A stretch of DNA of 64,000 bases from Alphaproteobacteria bacterium (GCA_965216755.1 CBDCGL010000011.1:4736001-4800000), one strand, 5' to 3'. Shown: positions 18,708 through 27,411, numbered from the stretch's first letter. The notes: a model not told the origin generated them from the sequence alone. Numbers and translations: made by a program.

Positions 18708-19572
18708 GGGATCGACCAAGGCGCCACCGGCGCCAAATCCGGATGAATTGATCAAGGCGCAGACGATCGCCAATCAGCGCGCCTTGCGCGATGCGGCACG
18801 GTTCAACCAAGTGGCGGAAGTCACGCCGTTCGGATCGCGCCAGTTTGTTGGTGATATCGGGACCCCCGATCGCACCGCGGTGACCAGTTTGTCACCGTCG
18901 GGTCAACGCCAATTGGAAGCGCGGAACGCATTGGCGGAGGCCCTGTTGGGACTCGCCCAAAGTCGCGCCAGCCAGATTCCGGCGGCACCACTGGACTTTG
19001 CCGGATTGCCGGCGCGGCCCGGTGTCGGGGACTTTGGTGGTGAACGCGATCGATTGGAACAAGCGCAATTTCAGCGGGCGCGCAATTTGATTGATGGTGT
19101 GTTTGCGGACAACGCCGAACGATTGCGTGGCCAACTAACGGCGGCCGGGATTCCGGCGGAGTTTCAGCCCAGCAGAGCAGAAGTGCGCGACTTGAACCGG
19201 CGCCGCGATCAGGCGTTGAGCAATGCCGCGCTGTCGTCAGTTGCGGCGGGCGGGGCGGAGCAATCGCGCCTGTTCGGGTTGGCCGACGCGGCGCGCCGCC
19301 AGGCGATGACCGAAGCGTTGCTGGGGCGTAGCTTGCCCTTTCAAGAGTTGGCCGGATTTGCCGGAGCATTTCCGGTGCAAACGCCGGCATTTCAGCCACT
19401 GGCGCAGTCGGGCCCGTTGTCGATCAATCCATTGCCGGCTTTCCAGATGGACTTCCAGCGCGGTCAAGCAAACGCGCAAAGGGCCGCCAATGCCAACCTG
19501 GCGGGGTTGCAGGCACTCATGCAAGTGTTGGGTACCCCGACTCAGGGCGCGTTCGATCGGATACTGAGTTAG
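18700..19572 (+). CDS. DNA ejection (internal virion) protein
   Basis: MGK....APPAP.P start, NQV.TPFGS, T.LSP..Q; Ala/Gln-rich; position after GNAT. Confidence 0.65.
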   Translation: MGKGSTKAPPAPNPDELIKAQTIANQRALRDAARFNQVAEVTPFGSRQFVGDIGTPDRTAVTSLSPSGQRQLEARNALAEALLGLAQSRASQIPAAPLDFAGLPARPGVGDFGGERDRLEQAQFQRARNLIDGVFADNAERLRGQLTAAGIPAEFQPSRAEVRDLNRRRDQALSNAALSSVAAGGAEQSRLFGLADAARRQAMTEALLGRSLPFQELAGFAGAFPVQTPAFQPLAQSGPLSINPLPAFQMDFQRGQANAQRAANANLAGLQALMQVLGTPTQGAFDRILS

Positions 19573-19631
19573 TGTATCGCATGACCGGACATCATCTGAC
19601 AGACAGCAAAATGATCGTGCATTCGGTGCTG

Positions 19632-20222
19632 TCATTTATCCGAACGGGAAGCACTTTCGATCATGACGGCAGTCAGGAACAAAGCGTCGTCGAAACCGAC
19701 GTAGCGGTGCCTTGAGACCTTTGAGATACGGTAGCAAATGGTATGTCGTAGCAAGGGACCAAAGAAGACGCTGTCATATGTGAATGCGAGGACGAAGGCG
19801 CAGTGGGCGCGTTCGAACGGTTCGCGCGTTTCGACCGGCAGGTCGTCGGCGATCTGACGCAGCTTTCGCCATTCCGGAAAACGATCTTCCCATTTGTCGG
19901 TTGGGATTTTCTTGGCGTGTTTTGGGCGCGCTGGAACAGCGGTCGCGGCCTTTGCCTGAAGACGACCCGTCAAGAGTAATTTGATAAGCGGCCAGAGACT
20001 TGTCGTTTCGTGGCGCACGAGAACCTTTAATCTAGAGCACGCCGAATGCGCTGGGGTGCGGAAATGAGGTCCGTCGTTCAAGCTTCCCTCAGCGCGAAGA
20101 AGGTCGTGCGTCAACTCAGATATGGTTTCCATATCGCACCACCGCGCGCGCATCCACATGCCGGCCAAAACAAGAACAAGGCTAAGGCAAAGTAATGAGA
20201 CAGAAGCAATCACCATTCCCAC
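19632..20222 (-). CDS. Membrane-anchored hypothetical protein, family A copy 1
   Basis: N-terminal TM; WRKLRQIADDLP..EPFERAHCAF..GPLLRHTICYRISK.SRHRYVGFDDALFL shared with copies 2 and 3. Confidence 0.7.
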   Translation of the reverse strand: MGMVIASVSLLCLSLVLVLAGMWMRARWCDMETISELTHDLLRAEGSLNDGPHFRTPAHSACSRLKVLVRHETTSLWPLIKLLLTGRLQAKAATAVPARPKHAKKIPTDKWEDRFPEWRKLRQIADDLPVETREPFERAHCAFVLAFTYDSVFFGPLLRHTICYRISKVSRHRYVGFDDALFLTAVMIESASRSDK

Positions 20223-20233
20223 GTCTCCGGCAA

Positions 20234-20503
20234 CTATGCTTCGTTGGTATTGGTATTGCTGGCACTTGCGCTCAGCAATGCTTGACTTTCTCGTTTCTGT
20301 CCTCTTTTCCGTATGACCGCCGCATATCGCCGTTCCCAGGCGCAGGCTGCGTCATCGACGACGATCGTAAAACGCCACATCTCCTTAATGAACCGGGTGA
20401 GCGCAGCGACAAAAAGCACGATTGAGACGACTAAGAAGAGATAGCTGGAATAGAAGGCTTGCAACCAATGTACGACGAACATCCAAGATTGTTCGAAAAA
20501 CAT
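20234..20503 (-). CDS. Single-TM small protein, family B copy 1
   Basis: HWLQAFYSSYLFLVVSI TM segment, basic tail, RBS AGGTG. Confidence 0.6.
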   Translation of the reverse strand: MFFEQSWMFVVHWLQAFYSSYLFLVVSIVLFVAALTRFIKEMWRFTIVVDDAACAWERRYAAVIRKRGQKRESQALLSASASNTNTNEA

Positions 20504-20689
20504 TCTTTCACCTAAGGCACACGTGAAGTTATCGGAGGCACCTAAGAGAATACGCTCCCAACGTACCCGAAAAAACGACTGGTGCATAGGCCCTCGGGAT
20601 GCCGGGGCGCCCCTGTCGGCGCAATGGTAACTTCTCGCATGGCGGCACATAGCCAGACACAGGATAAAATGATCCACCATTCGGTGCTG

Positions 20690-21274
20690 TCATTTATCCG
20701 AACGGGAAACACTTTCGATTATGATGGCCGTGAGGAACAAGGCGTCGTCGAAACCGACGTAGCGATGTCTAGAGACCTTTGAGATGCGGTAGCAAATGGT
20801 ATGTCGTAGCAAGGGACCGAGGAGAACGCTGTCGTAGGTTAGTGCGAGGAGGAAGGCGCAATGGGCGCGTTCGAACGGTTCGCGAATATCGTCGGAAAGG
20901 TCGTCGGCGATTTGACGCAGCTTCCGCCACTCCGGAAAACGATCTTCCCATTTGTCGGTGGGGATTTTCTTGGCGTGTTTTGGGCGCGCCGGAACAGCGG
21001 TCGCGGCCTTTGCCCGAAGACGACCCGTCAGGAGTAATTTGATAAGCGGCCAGAGACTCGTCGTCTCATAGGATACGAGAAACGTCAATTTAAAGCACGC
21101 CGTTTCCGCTGGGCTACCGAAATGAGGTCCGTCAATCAAGTTCCCCTCGGCACGAAACACGTCATGTTGCAACTCGGATTGGAATCCGAAATCGCGCGAC
21201 TTTGCGTGCGCCCACATGCCCGCCAGAATAAGAAAGAGGCTAAGGTAGAGTAATGATAGTGAGGCAATCACCAT
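20690..21274 (-). CDS. Membrane-anchored hypothetical protein, family A copy 2
   Basis: Tandem duplicate (~1.06-kb unit) of 19632-20222. Confidence 0.7.
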   Translation of the reverse strand: MVIASLSLLYLSLFLILAGMWAHAKSRDFGFQSELQHDVFRAEGNLIDGPHFGSPAETACFKLTFLVSYETTSLWPLIKLLLTGRLRAKAATAVPARPKHAKKIPTDKWEDRFPEWRKLRQIADDLSDDIREPFERAHCAFLLALTYDSVLLGPLLRHTICYRISKVSRHRYVGFDDALFLTAIIIESVSRSDK

Positions 21275-21333
21275 CGCCCGGTCTCCGATCGATGAGGCAT
21301 GTTTGTGCTGCCGGATGCGCTTGTTCGACCAGC

Positions 21334-21555
21334 TTAGAATTCACGTTTCTGACGCCCCTTCCGCAGGATCGCGTCGTCTCGTCGCTCGCAGGCGCAAACC
21401 GCCTGTTCTAGAGAAAATACGAGACGTCGGATTTTCTTGATGAATTGGGTCAGTGCCGAGACAAAAAGCAAGATTGAGACGACTAAGAAGAGATAGCTGG
21501 AATAGAAGGCGTGCAACCAATGTACGACGATCATCCAAGCTTGTTCGAAAAGCAT
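21334..21555 (-). CDS. Single-TM small protein, family B copy 2
   Basis: HWLHAFYSSYLFLVVSI; RBS AGGAG. Confidence 0.6.
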   Translation of the reverse strand: MLFEQAWMIVVHWLHAFYSSYLFLVVSILLFVSALTQFIKKIRRLVFSLEQAVCACERRDDAILRKGRQKREF

Positions 21556-21698
21556 TTGTTCTCCTAATTTTCCCGTGAAGTTATCGGGGGCACCTAAGAG
21601 AATACGCTCCCAACATACCCGAAAAAACGACTGATGCATAGGCCCTCGGTGTGCCGAGATGCCGCTATGCGTGTGGGCAAAAAGACGGAATCGCAACA

Positions 21699-23321
21699 AT
21701 GTTTCCTATCGCACGTCGACCCCTTGGCCGAATTGACGACCAATGGGATAGGTATCGCCAGGTGGTTAACGCTCTTGGCCCAAGTCGACTTGGGCAAACA
21801 GGTTTACCCGCGCAACCGAGTTTCCCCACCGAATTGCCGACACCGCCGGTGTTTGAGCCTTGGTTGGAAATGCTGGCGGTATTACCCGATTATTCGAACC
21901 CCGCGGTGCGCCGCGCCGCGGTCGAGGTGTTGATGGGTGCCGCACCCGCACAGGTTCCATCTCGTGAACCCGTTCGCCCGCCAATAATACCACCGCTTGG
22001 GGTCCCGGGCGTGCCGTTCGTCGATCCCCTCGGATTGGATCGTCAGCACATGGTGCCAGACAAAAAACTATTCGGGTTGCCGGTGCCACAACCGAAATTC
22101 AGCCGCGAACCGGTTCCCCCATCTCACCCAATCGGGACCCTTTCCGCGCCTCGCCAAGCGGGTTTGAGGACCGCGGCGCAAATGGGCACCGTGACCTCAG
22201 CATTTGGAGATCCACGCCAGACGCAACCGGACTTCTCACCACTGCATCGAGTCGCCGCCGTTTTTGCCGACGGCGAAGGGCGCGAGGCGGACAGCACTGG
22301 CCCGAACGAGCTCAGCAATGATGCGCTGACGCGGCTTGACGCGATTGAGTCAGCGGTGGCCGCGTTTGAAGCGGTCGCCCACACAGGTTTGATCGACGAG
22401 GGCGGCGCGGCGCTGATTGGCGCCGAACCACCGGCGGACGTGGTGCAGGCAGTGGGTGAGCTTGTTCTCTCCCTGCTGCCGGGCACCGGAGAGCTGTTGT
22501 CTGCCCGTGATGCCTATCAGGCGTTCCTAGCCGCTGATGCGGCACTCGACAATGACGAAGTTTTCGAGGCAATACAAAAGATTGCCGAGGGTACGTTCCA
22601 CACCCTTGGTGCAATGCCGGTCGTTGGCGTGGGTGTGCGGCTCACGCGCACAGCCGCCAAAGGCGCAATGCATCTGCAAAATAAGCTCAACGTGCGGCGG
22701 TGGATGCGACGGCGCCTTGTCGACAAACACGCGGTCATAACGCGCCATAGCAACGACGAAAAGTTTACCGAATGGGTGAAGGCTGTGCGCAGTGGTAAGG
22801 TCAATAAGACCCGATCGGTAGTGTGGGTCGCAAGCATCGACGACGATGTCGAGTTTGCAATCAGGACCGCCCTGAGGACCAAATTGCCCCTTGGCGGTAT
22901 CTTGATGTCCGACCGGGAAATCGGCCATATCTTCCGAGATGCCAAACGCGCAATGGTCGAGCCCGAGATCATCGAGAACTTGCGACGCCATATGCGTGAA
23001 CCGGCGATGATTTTGTTGGAAAGAAATCCGAAGTCTATTGGAAACACGTCTAAAGAAAACACGGTGCTGTTTGTTTTGGATTTGGGGAAGAATGATAACG
23101 CCGACGCGCTAGTCAAAGTCGCCGTGAAAGTTGATTTCGAGCTCAAGAAATTCGGCCTGGACCCGAGGACAGCCACGACACAGAGCAAGGCTGACGCCAC
23201 TGAAAAACGACGAGTCCGCACAATTTTGACGCCCTTTATCAGGACTGCGGGAACAGTGTCAGAAGCGCAACTCAACAACCCAAACAACTACATAAAAATC
23301 TACGAAAAGAAAAAGAAGTAA
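21699..23321 (+). CDS. Polymorphic toxin-like protein: Pro-rich N-terminus, pre-toxin TG-like hinge, C-terminal PBECR-like putative RNase
   Basis: LSLLPGTGELLSARDAY hinge homologous to 5645-6883; C-terminus (I.M.D..I.H..RD.K...P..IL....VLFV...KVAVKVD...IRTAG.V....L...Y) resembles domains at the end of MuF-type head proteins. Confidence 0.6.
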   Translation: MFPIARRPLGRIDDQWDRYRQVVNALGPSRLGQTGLPAQPSFPTELPTPPVFEPWLEMLAVLPDYSNPAVRRAAVEVLMGAAPAQVPSREPVRPPIIPPLGVPGVPFVDPLGLDRQHMVPDKKLFGLPVPQPKFSREPVPPSHPIGTLSAPRQAGLRTAAQMGTVTSAFGDPRQTQPDFSPLHRVAAVFADGEGREADSTGPNELSNDALTRLDAIESAVAAFEAVAHTGLIDEGGAALIGAEPPADVVQAVGELVLSLLPGTGELLSARDAYQAFLAADAALDNDEVFEAIQKIAEGTFHTLGAMPVVGVGVRLTRTAAKGAMHLQNKLNVRRWMRRRLVDKHAVITRHSNDEKFTEWVKAVRSGKVNKTRSVVWVASIDDDVEFAIRTALRTKLPLGGILMSDREIGHIFRDAKRAMVEPEIIENLRRHMREPAMILLERNPKSIGNTSKENTVLFVLDLGKNDNADALVKVAVKVDFELKKFGLDPRTATTQSKADATEKRRVRTILTPFIRTAGTVSEAQLNNPNNYIKIYEKKKK

Positions 23322-23325
23322 GGGC

Positions 23326-23424
23326 GGCCGCCATGGTGGTACGGACCTTCCACACAAACGATCGTGCCGCGAAATTCGCTGCACTATCCACCTGATCTCC
23401 GAATTCCCAGGTCACATGGCGGCC
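23326..23424 (+). ncRNA. Candidate four-way-junction (cloverleaf-like) RNA
   Basis: GGCCGCCATG/CATGGCGGCC closing stem enclosing three hairpins; begins after a 4-nt gap from the toxin stop codon. Confidence 0.4.
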
Positions 23425-23593
23425 TGGTCAAGGACGCACCGTGGTGGGTGCGCAACTTTCCACATAATGCGACGGTCACGCAAAACATGACCGCCGAACC
23501 GATCGGCGACGTCCGGTCGCACGGCGTGTCCACGACGTACGGAACAATGTATGCTATAGCATTAAATGATGCAAGGCGCGCCTTGGTGGTTCC

Positions 23594-23944
23594 TTGTATC
23601 GCCGAGCGAAGGTGTCGATGGGGGCAAAAGTGGAGACGATATCGGCCGCGGATGTCGAGATGGTGGGGGCAGCGTGTGGCGTCGCCGCGAGCTTCATTTT
23701 TGTGCGCATGGTGGTCCGTACGGGCGACACCTTCCGTTGGTGGAAGGAATCGCGGCAGAGTCATCGTGAGTACAGAGAGAAACATCCCCAGCTCGGGCCA
23801 TATGATCCCAGTGGCTTGTCGGAGGAGTTTCTGGAATTGATTATCAAGAACTTGCCGGCACTAAAGCTGAGTGCTTTTTTGTACTTGGTATGTTTTGTGT
23901 GTTTCTTGGCGTCGGCGATCTATCGGTTCTTCGCTTTGCCTTAG
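23594..23944 (+). CDS. Two-TM small protein, family C copy 1
   Basis: ISAADVEMVGAACG..AS...LY...FVCF.ASA.YR.FAL shared with 26629-27018; start uncertain. Confidence 0.65.
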   Translation: MYRRAKVSMGAKVETISAADVEMVGAACGVAASFIFVRMVVRTGDTFRWWKESRQSHREYREKHPQLGPYDPSGLSEEFLELIIKNLPALKLSAFLYLVCFVCFLASAIYRFFALP

Positions 23945-23973
23945 AATTTAAAACTGGAGCGCCAATGACGAAT

Positions 23974-24004
23974 GGGTCGGTGCCTGTCGGCAGCGGCCCT
24001 TTTT
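23974..24004 (+). terminator. Intrinsic terminator
   Basis: GGGTCGGTGCC-TGTC-GGCAGCGGCCC-TTTTT; homologous hairpin at 27048-27079. Confidence 0.6.
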
Positions 24005-24037
24005 GTTGGCCAAACACAACAACAGGAGAACGACATC

Positions 24038-25177
24038 ATGCCCTGGAACGGATCCGGGACCTTTAGTCGCACCGACGGCACGCGCAACGGCGCGACCGTT
24101 TGGGAGCAGGCCAAGGCGGCGGCGGTAAAGATTGTCGCTGGCGATCACGACACACACGACCAGGATTTGGCGCAAGGCATCCAGAATTGTTTGGCCAAAG
24201 ATGGTCAAAACAGTCCATCCACGCATATCGACTGGGGTGGGCAACGGATCACCAATTTGGGTGCGCCGGCGGCCGCGACCGATGTGGCGCGCAACGATTT
24301 AAATGGCGTGAGCGCATCGACGGCGCGGACAAATTTGGGCTTGGGGGCGCTGGCGATACAGTCGACGATTAACACCGCGGACATCGGCGATAATGAAGTG
24401 ACGCCGGCCAAACTATCCCATGGCACCGCCAATCAAGTTCTGGCCATGGACGGCGGTTCGCCCGACTGGCGCGACCTGTCGACGGCGTTGGACAACGCGA
24501 TCGGTGGCACACAAGGCAATATTCTGTACCGGGGTGCCGCGACTTGGGACGTGTTGGCGCCGGGAACATCGGGGCAGTTTCTGGCGTCGCAGGGTGCGGG
24601 CGCTAACCCGCAATGGGTCGATGCACCTGTCGCCAGCCGCATGGTGTTGATCGCCACTCAGAATATCACCAGCGGCGTCGCACAAGTCGATTTCGCCAGC
24701 GGCATCGACGGCAGCTACGACGTGTACAAGCTGCTGATCGCGCTGGGTCACGTGGCCACGGATGGCGTCGATTTGTTGCTGCGTATCGGTACAGGTGGTG
24801 GACCAACCTATCAGGCGACCAACTATCGGCGGTCGGCTATGCGCGTTGGCGCCGATTCGACGACCGGCGTGCAATCGGACGGTGCCAGTTCAGCCACATC
24901 CATCAATTTGAGCGACGGCGGGACCAACACGATCGGCAACGCCGCGACGGAATGTTTCAATGGCGAGATAACGTTGTTCAATCCAGCCGACGGCACGCGT
25001 CACAAGCCGATCACGTATGACATGACGTGGCTGGAGCCGGATGGCGAAGTTAGCCGATCATCCGGTGCCGGTGTGTGGTCGGGCGGTGCCGACGCGATCA
25101 CGGCGCTGCGGTTGCTGGCCAGCAGCGGCAATATTGATGGCGGTCGGTTCAGTTTATTCGGGATCAACCATGGCTGA
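24038..25177 (+). CDS. Tail fibre/spike protein
   Basis: MPWNGSGTF anchor, D.A.GI..CL.KDG, ARTNLGLG, GT.GQ.L repeats, G.F.L.G C-terminus; RBS AGGAG. Confidence 0.8.
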   Translation: MPWNGSGTFSRTDGTRNGATVWEQAKAAAVKIVAGDHDTHDQDLAQGIQNCLAKDGQNSPSTHIDWGGQRITNLGAPAAATDVARNDLNGVSASTARTNLGLGALAIQSTINTADIGDNEVTPAKLSHGTANQVLAMDGGSPDWRDLSTALDNAIGGTQGNILYRGAATWDVLAPGTSGQFLASQGAGANPQWVDAPVASRMVLIATQNITSGVAQVDFASGIDGSYDVYKLLIALGHVATDGVDLLLRIGTGGGPTYQATNYRRSAMRVGADSTTGVQSDGASSATSINLSDGGTNTIGNAATECFNGEITLFNPADGTRHKPITYDMTWLEPDGEVSRSSGAGVWSGGADAITALRLLASSGNIDGGRFSLFGINHG

Positions 25178-25227
25178 GGTCTCGGTGCCATGAACAACAC
25201 CGTTGCGGCTGTCGCGTCGGCACCACC

Positions 25228-25280
25228 GGCCGCCAAAGCCAACCTGGCGGGCTTCGAAGCAATGATGCATGTGTTCGGCG
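25228..25280 (+). pseudogene. Remnant of ejection-protein 3' end
   Basis: GGCCGCCAAAGCCAACCTGGCGGG..GCA.TGATGCA.GTGTT.GG matches 19482-19533. Confidence 0.65.
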
Positions 25281-25300
25281 CACGGGTGCGCGAGGTAGAG

Positions 25301-25879
25301 TCAGTCCTTTAACGTCATTTCTAGATCGGTTATGACGGCGGCCAGGAACAAAGCATCGTCAAAGCCGACATAGCGATGGCGTGAGATTTTGGAGATTCGA
25401 AAACAGATTGTATGGCGCAAGAAAGGGCCAAACAAAGTTGTACGGTAAGTCATCGCGAGAACGAAAGCACAGTGGGCGCGCTCGAATGGTTCACGAATAT
25501 CTTCGGGCAGATCATCAGCAATTTTACGAAGCTCTTGCCAACGCGTGAAAGTCACGTCCCACTGACTGAAAGGCAGTTTCTTGGCCTCTTCCGGTCGTTC
25601 CGGAATCGCGATCGAAGCCCAGAAACGCAAGTGACCAGTGATAAGAAGCCTAATGAGAGGCCACATTCCAAAATCTCGACATATGAGGTCGGCCAATGTT
25701 GAGCACGCTGAATCCGCTGGGCTGCCAAAATGATCACTTTTGGCGAAGATCCCTTGAACACGAAGTACATCGTGTTCCAAATCGGATCGAATTCTAAGGC
25801 CACGCAAAGTCGCACACGACCACATACCAACTAGAATCAAAACAAAGCTAACTGAAAGCAGCCACGTGGGGGTTGTCAA
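25301..25879 (-). CDS. Membrane-anchored hypothetical protein, family A copy 3 (diverged)
   Basis: IADDLPEDIREPFERAHCAFVLA..GPFLRHTICFRISK.SRHRYVGFDDALFL. Confidence 0.7.
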   Translation of the reverse strand: MTTPTWLLSVSFVLILVGMWSCATLRGLRIRSDLEHDVLRVQGIFAKSDHFGSPADSACSTLADLICRDFGMWPLIRLLITGHLRFWASIAIPERPEEAKKLPFSQWDVTFTRWQELRKIADDLPEDIREPFERAHCAFVLAMTYRTTLFGPFLRHTICFRISKISRHRYVGFDDALFLAAVITDLEMTLKD

Positions 25880-25896
25880 TGATTTGATGTCTCAAT

Positions 25897-26184
25897 TTAC
25901 GGTACATTGTGCTTCTTCCCGGCGGTGTTTGTTCGTCCGGAATTATTCACTTGTCGTTGATGGCGTAGATGCGAGACCGCTTCGCGACGACGTTTGAGTT
26001 TATCTTGGTACTCGAGCGCGCCCCTTATAAGGGCGACAATGTAGATAACGCAGGCGCCCAACGCAGCTAGGAATATTACCACCGAAGTCGCCATCACAAG
26101 GTAACCAGAGAAAAAAGTCTGCAGCCAATGTAGGGTTAACGCCCAAAGCTGGTGGACAAAAACCAAAGCCCGATCAAAAAACAT
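25897..26184 (-). CDS. Single-TM small protein, family B copy 3 (diverged)
   Basis: MFFD...HWLQTFFSGYL...S...F.AAL. Confidence 0.55.
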   Translation of the reverse strand: MFFDRALVFVHQLWALTLHWLQTFFSGYLVMATSVVIFLAALGACVIYIVALIRGALEYQDKLKRRREAVSHLRHQRQVNNSGRTNTAGKKHNVP

Positions 26185-26324
26185 CCGATTCGCTAAATCA
26201 CACGTGAGGTTATCCAGGGTCGCCTTAAGAAATGTGGATTTAATCTTATCTGAAAACATTAGTGAAATACAAGCCTGCGATCTGCGACCGGCCGCCACGG
26301 ACGCGTGACAAAACGGGATGCCAA

Positions 26325-26582
26325 AGAACGTTTCCATTTGTGTGCTTCGCCTCGATCAACCTAGGAATTGGAAGGGTGCATTTCGACATGCAACTAACCC
26401 TCTGAGCGAACGTCTGCTCGGGCAAGCGGGCCCAAGGCTGCAATTGGGTGTCACCCTCGACATGTCGAAACTTCCCGTGATCGAGCCGTGGTCGGAAACT
26501 CCGACGGTTCTACTCGCTTGTTAGAATTCCCTGGTCCGCGATGCGGTGGTTGGTGTATCGAAGGGCACCGGCTTGGCACAGG
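26325..26582 (+). pseudogene. Decayed 5' end of the 21699 toxin gene
   Basis: LGQAG..Q......PVIEPWSE...VL..*N..VR aligns with LGQTG..Q......PVFEPWLE...VL..SN..VR; internal stop; remainder deleted. Confidence 0.6.
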
Positions 26583-26628
26583 GTTGCGCGGAGCAACCGT
26601 GACGTAGAGGGTAACCTTTACTATAGCA

Positions 26629-27018
26629 TTGAATAACGTGATGGAGAGTTGCGGAAAACTTGACGTGCCTAGCAGTCGTCGACATCTGCGGAAGGCGACA
26701 GTGAAAGTGATTTCCGCCGCAGACATTGAGATGCTCGGGGCCGCGTGCGGTATCATCGCGAGCCTAATTGTGGCACGCATTGTGGCCAAAGCAGGTCGTA
26801 CGATGCGCCGGATGTACGTGTCGCATAAGTGGGATCTTGAGCATTATGCTACTAGGCATCCGGATATCATGCAGGATCACTACAACAGATTGTCAGTACA
26901 AATGCTACGTTTGATTGTTGAAAATTTACGAGCAATTTCATTGAGTATTATTCTGTACTTCATTTTCTTTGTTTGTTTCTTTGCCTCTGCGATGTATCGA
27001 TATTTCGCCCTGACCTAA
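26629..27018 (+). CDS. Two-TM small protein, family C copy 2
   Basis: Paralogue of 23594-23944; start uncertain. Confidence 0.65.
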   Translation: MNNVMESCGKLDVPSSRRHLRKATVKVISAADIEMLGAACGIIASLIVARIVAKAGRTMRRMYVSHKWDLEHYATRHPDIMQDHYNRLSVQMLRLIVENLRAISLSIILYFIFFVCFFASAMYRYFALT

Positions 27019-27112
27019 AGCACAGACCTTGACTACAATTAACATGGAAGCCGATGCCGTGTGGCAGCGGCTTTTTTTTGCTGGCAAATCAAAATAGGAG
27101 GGGAAGAAAACG

Positions 27113-27400
27113 ATGCTCTGGAAAAAGTCCGCGATCTTTAATCGCATCGCGCGCACGCGATACGGCGACACGGCGAATATTGAAGGCGAGATAACGATGT
27201 TCAATCCAGCCGACGGCACGCGTCACAAGCCGATCACGTATGACATGACGTGGCTGGAGCCGGATGGCGAGGTTAGCCGATCGTCCGGCGCCGGTGTGCG
27301 GTCGGGCGGTGCCGACGCGATCACTGCGCTGCGTTTGCTGGCCAGCAGCGGCAATATTGATGGCGGTCGGTTCAGTTTGTTCGGGATCAATCACGGCTGA
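27113..27400 (+). pseudogene. Internally deleted tail-fibre copy (degenerate N-terminus fused in frame to the last 71 aa)
   Basis: MLWKKSAIFNRIARTRYG ~ MPWNGSGTFSRTDGTRNG, then near-identical C-terminus; retains RBS. Confidence 0.7.
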
Positions 27401-27411
27401 GGATAACACAT

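Larger units (their letters stand above)
24962..27400. repeat. 216-bp direct repeat (24962-25177 and 27185-27400) of tail-fibre 3' end
   Basis: About 10 mismatches by manual alignment, mostly synonymous. Confidence 0.9.

Noticed and set aside
23326-23424. Canonical tRNA or simple terminator
   Set aside because: No TTCGA T-loop, D-loop GG context or CCA; no poly-T tail after the stem
24962-27400. Diversity-generating retroelement (TR/VR pair at the tail-fibre tip)
   Set aside because: Mismatches are mostly synonymous and not adenine-specific; no reverse transcriptase in the window
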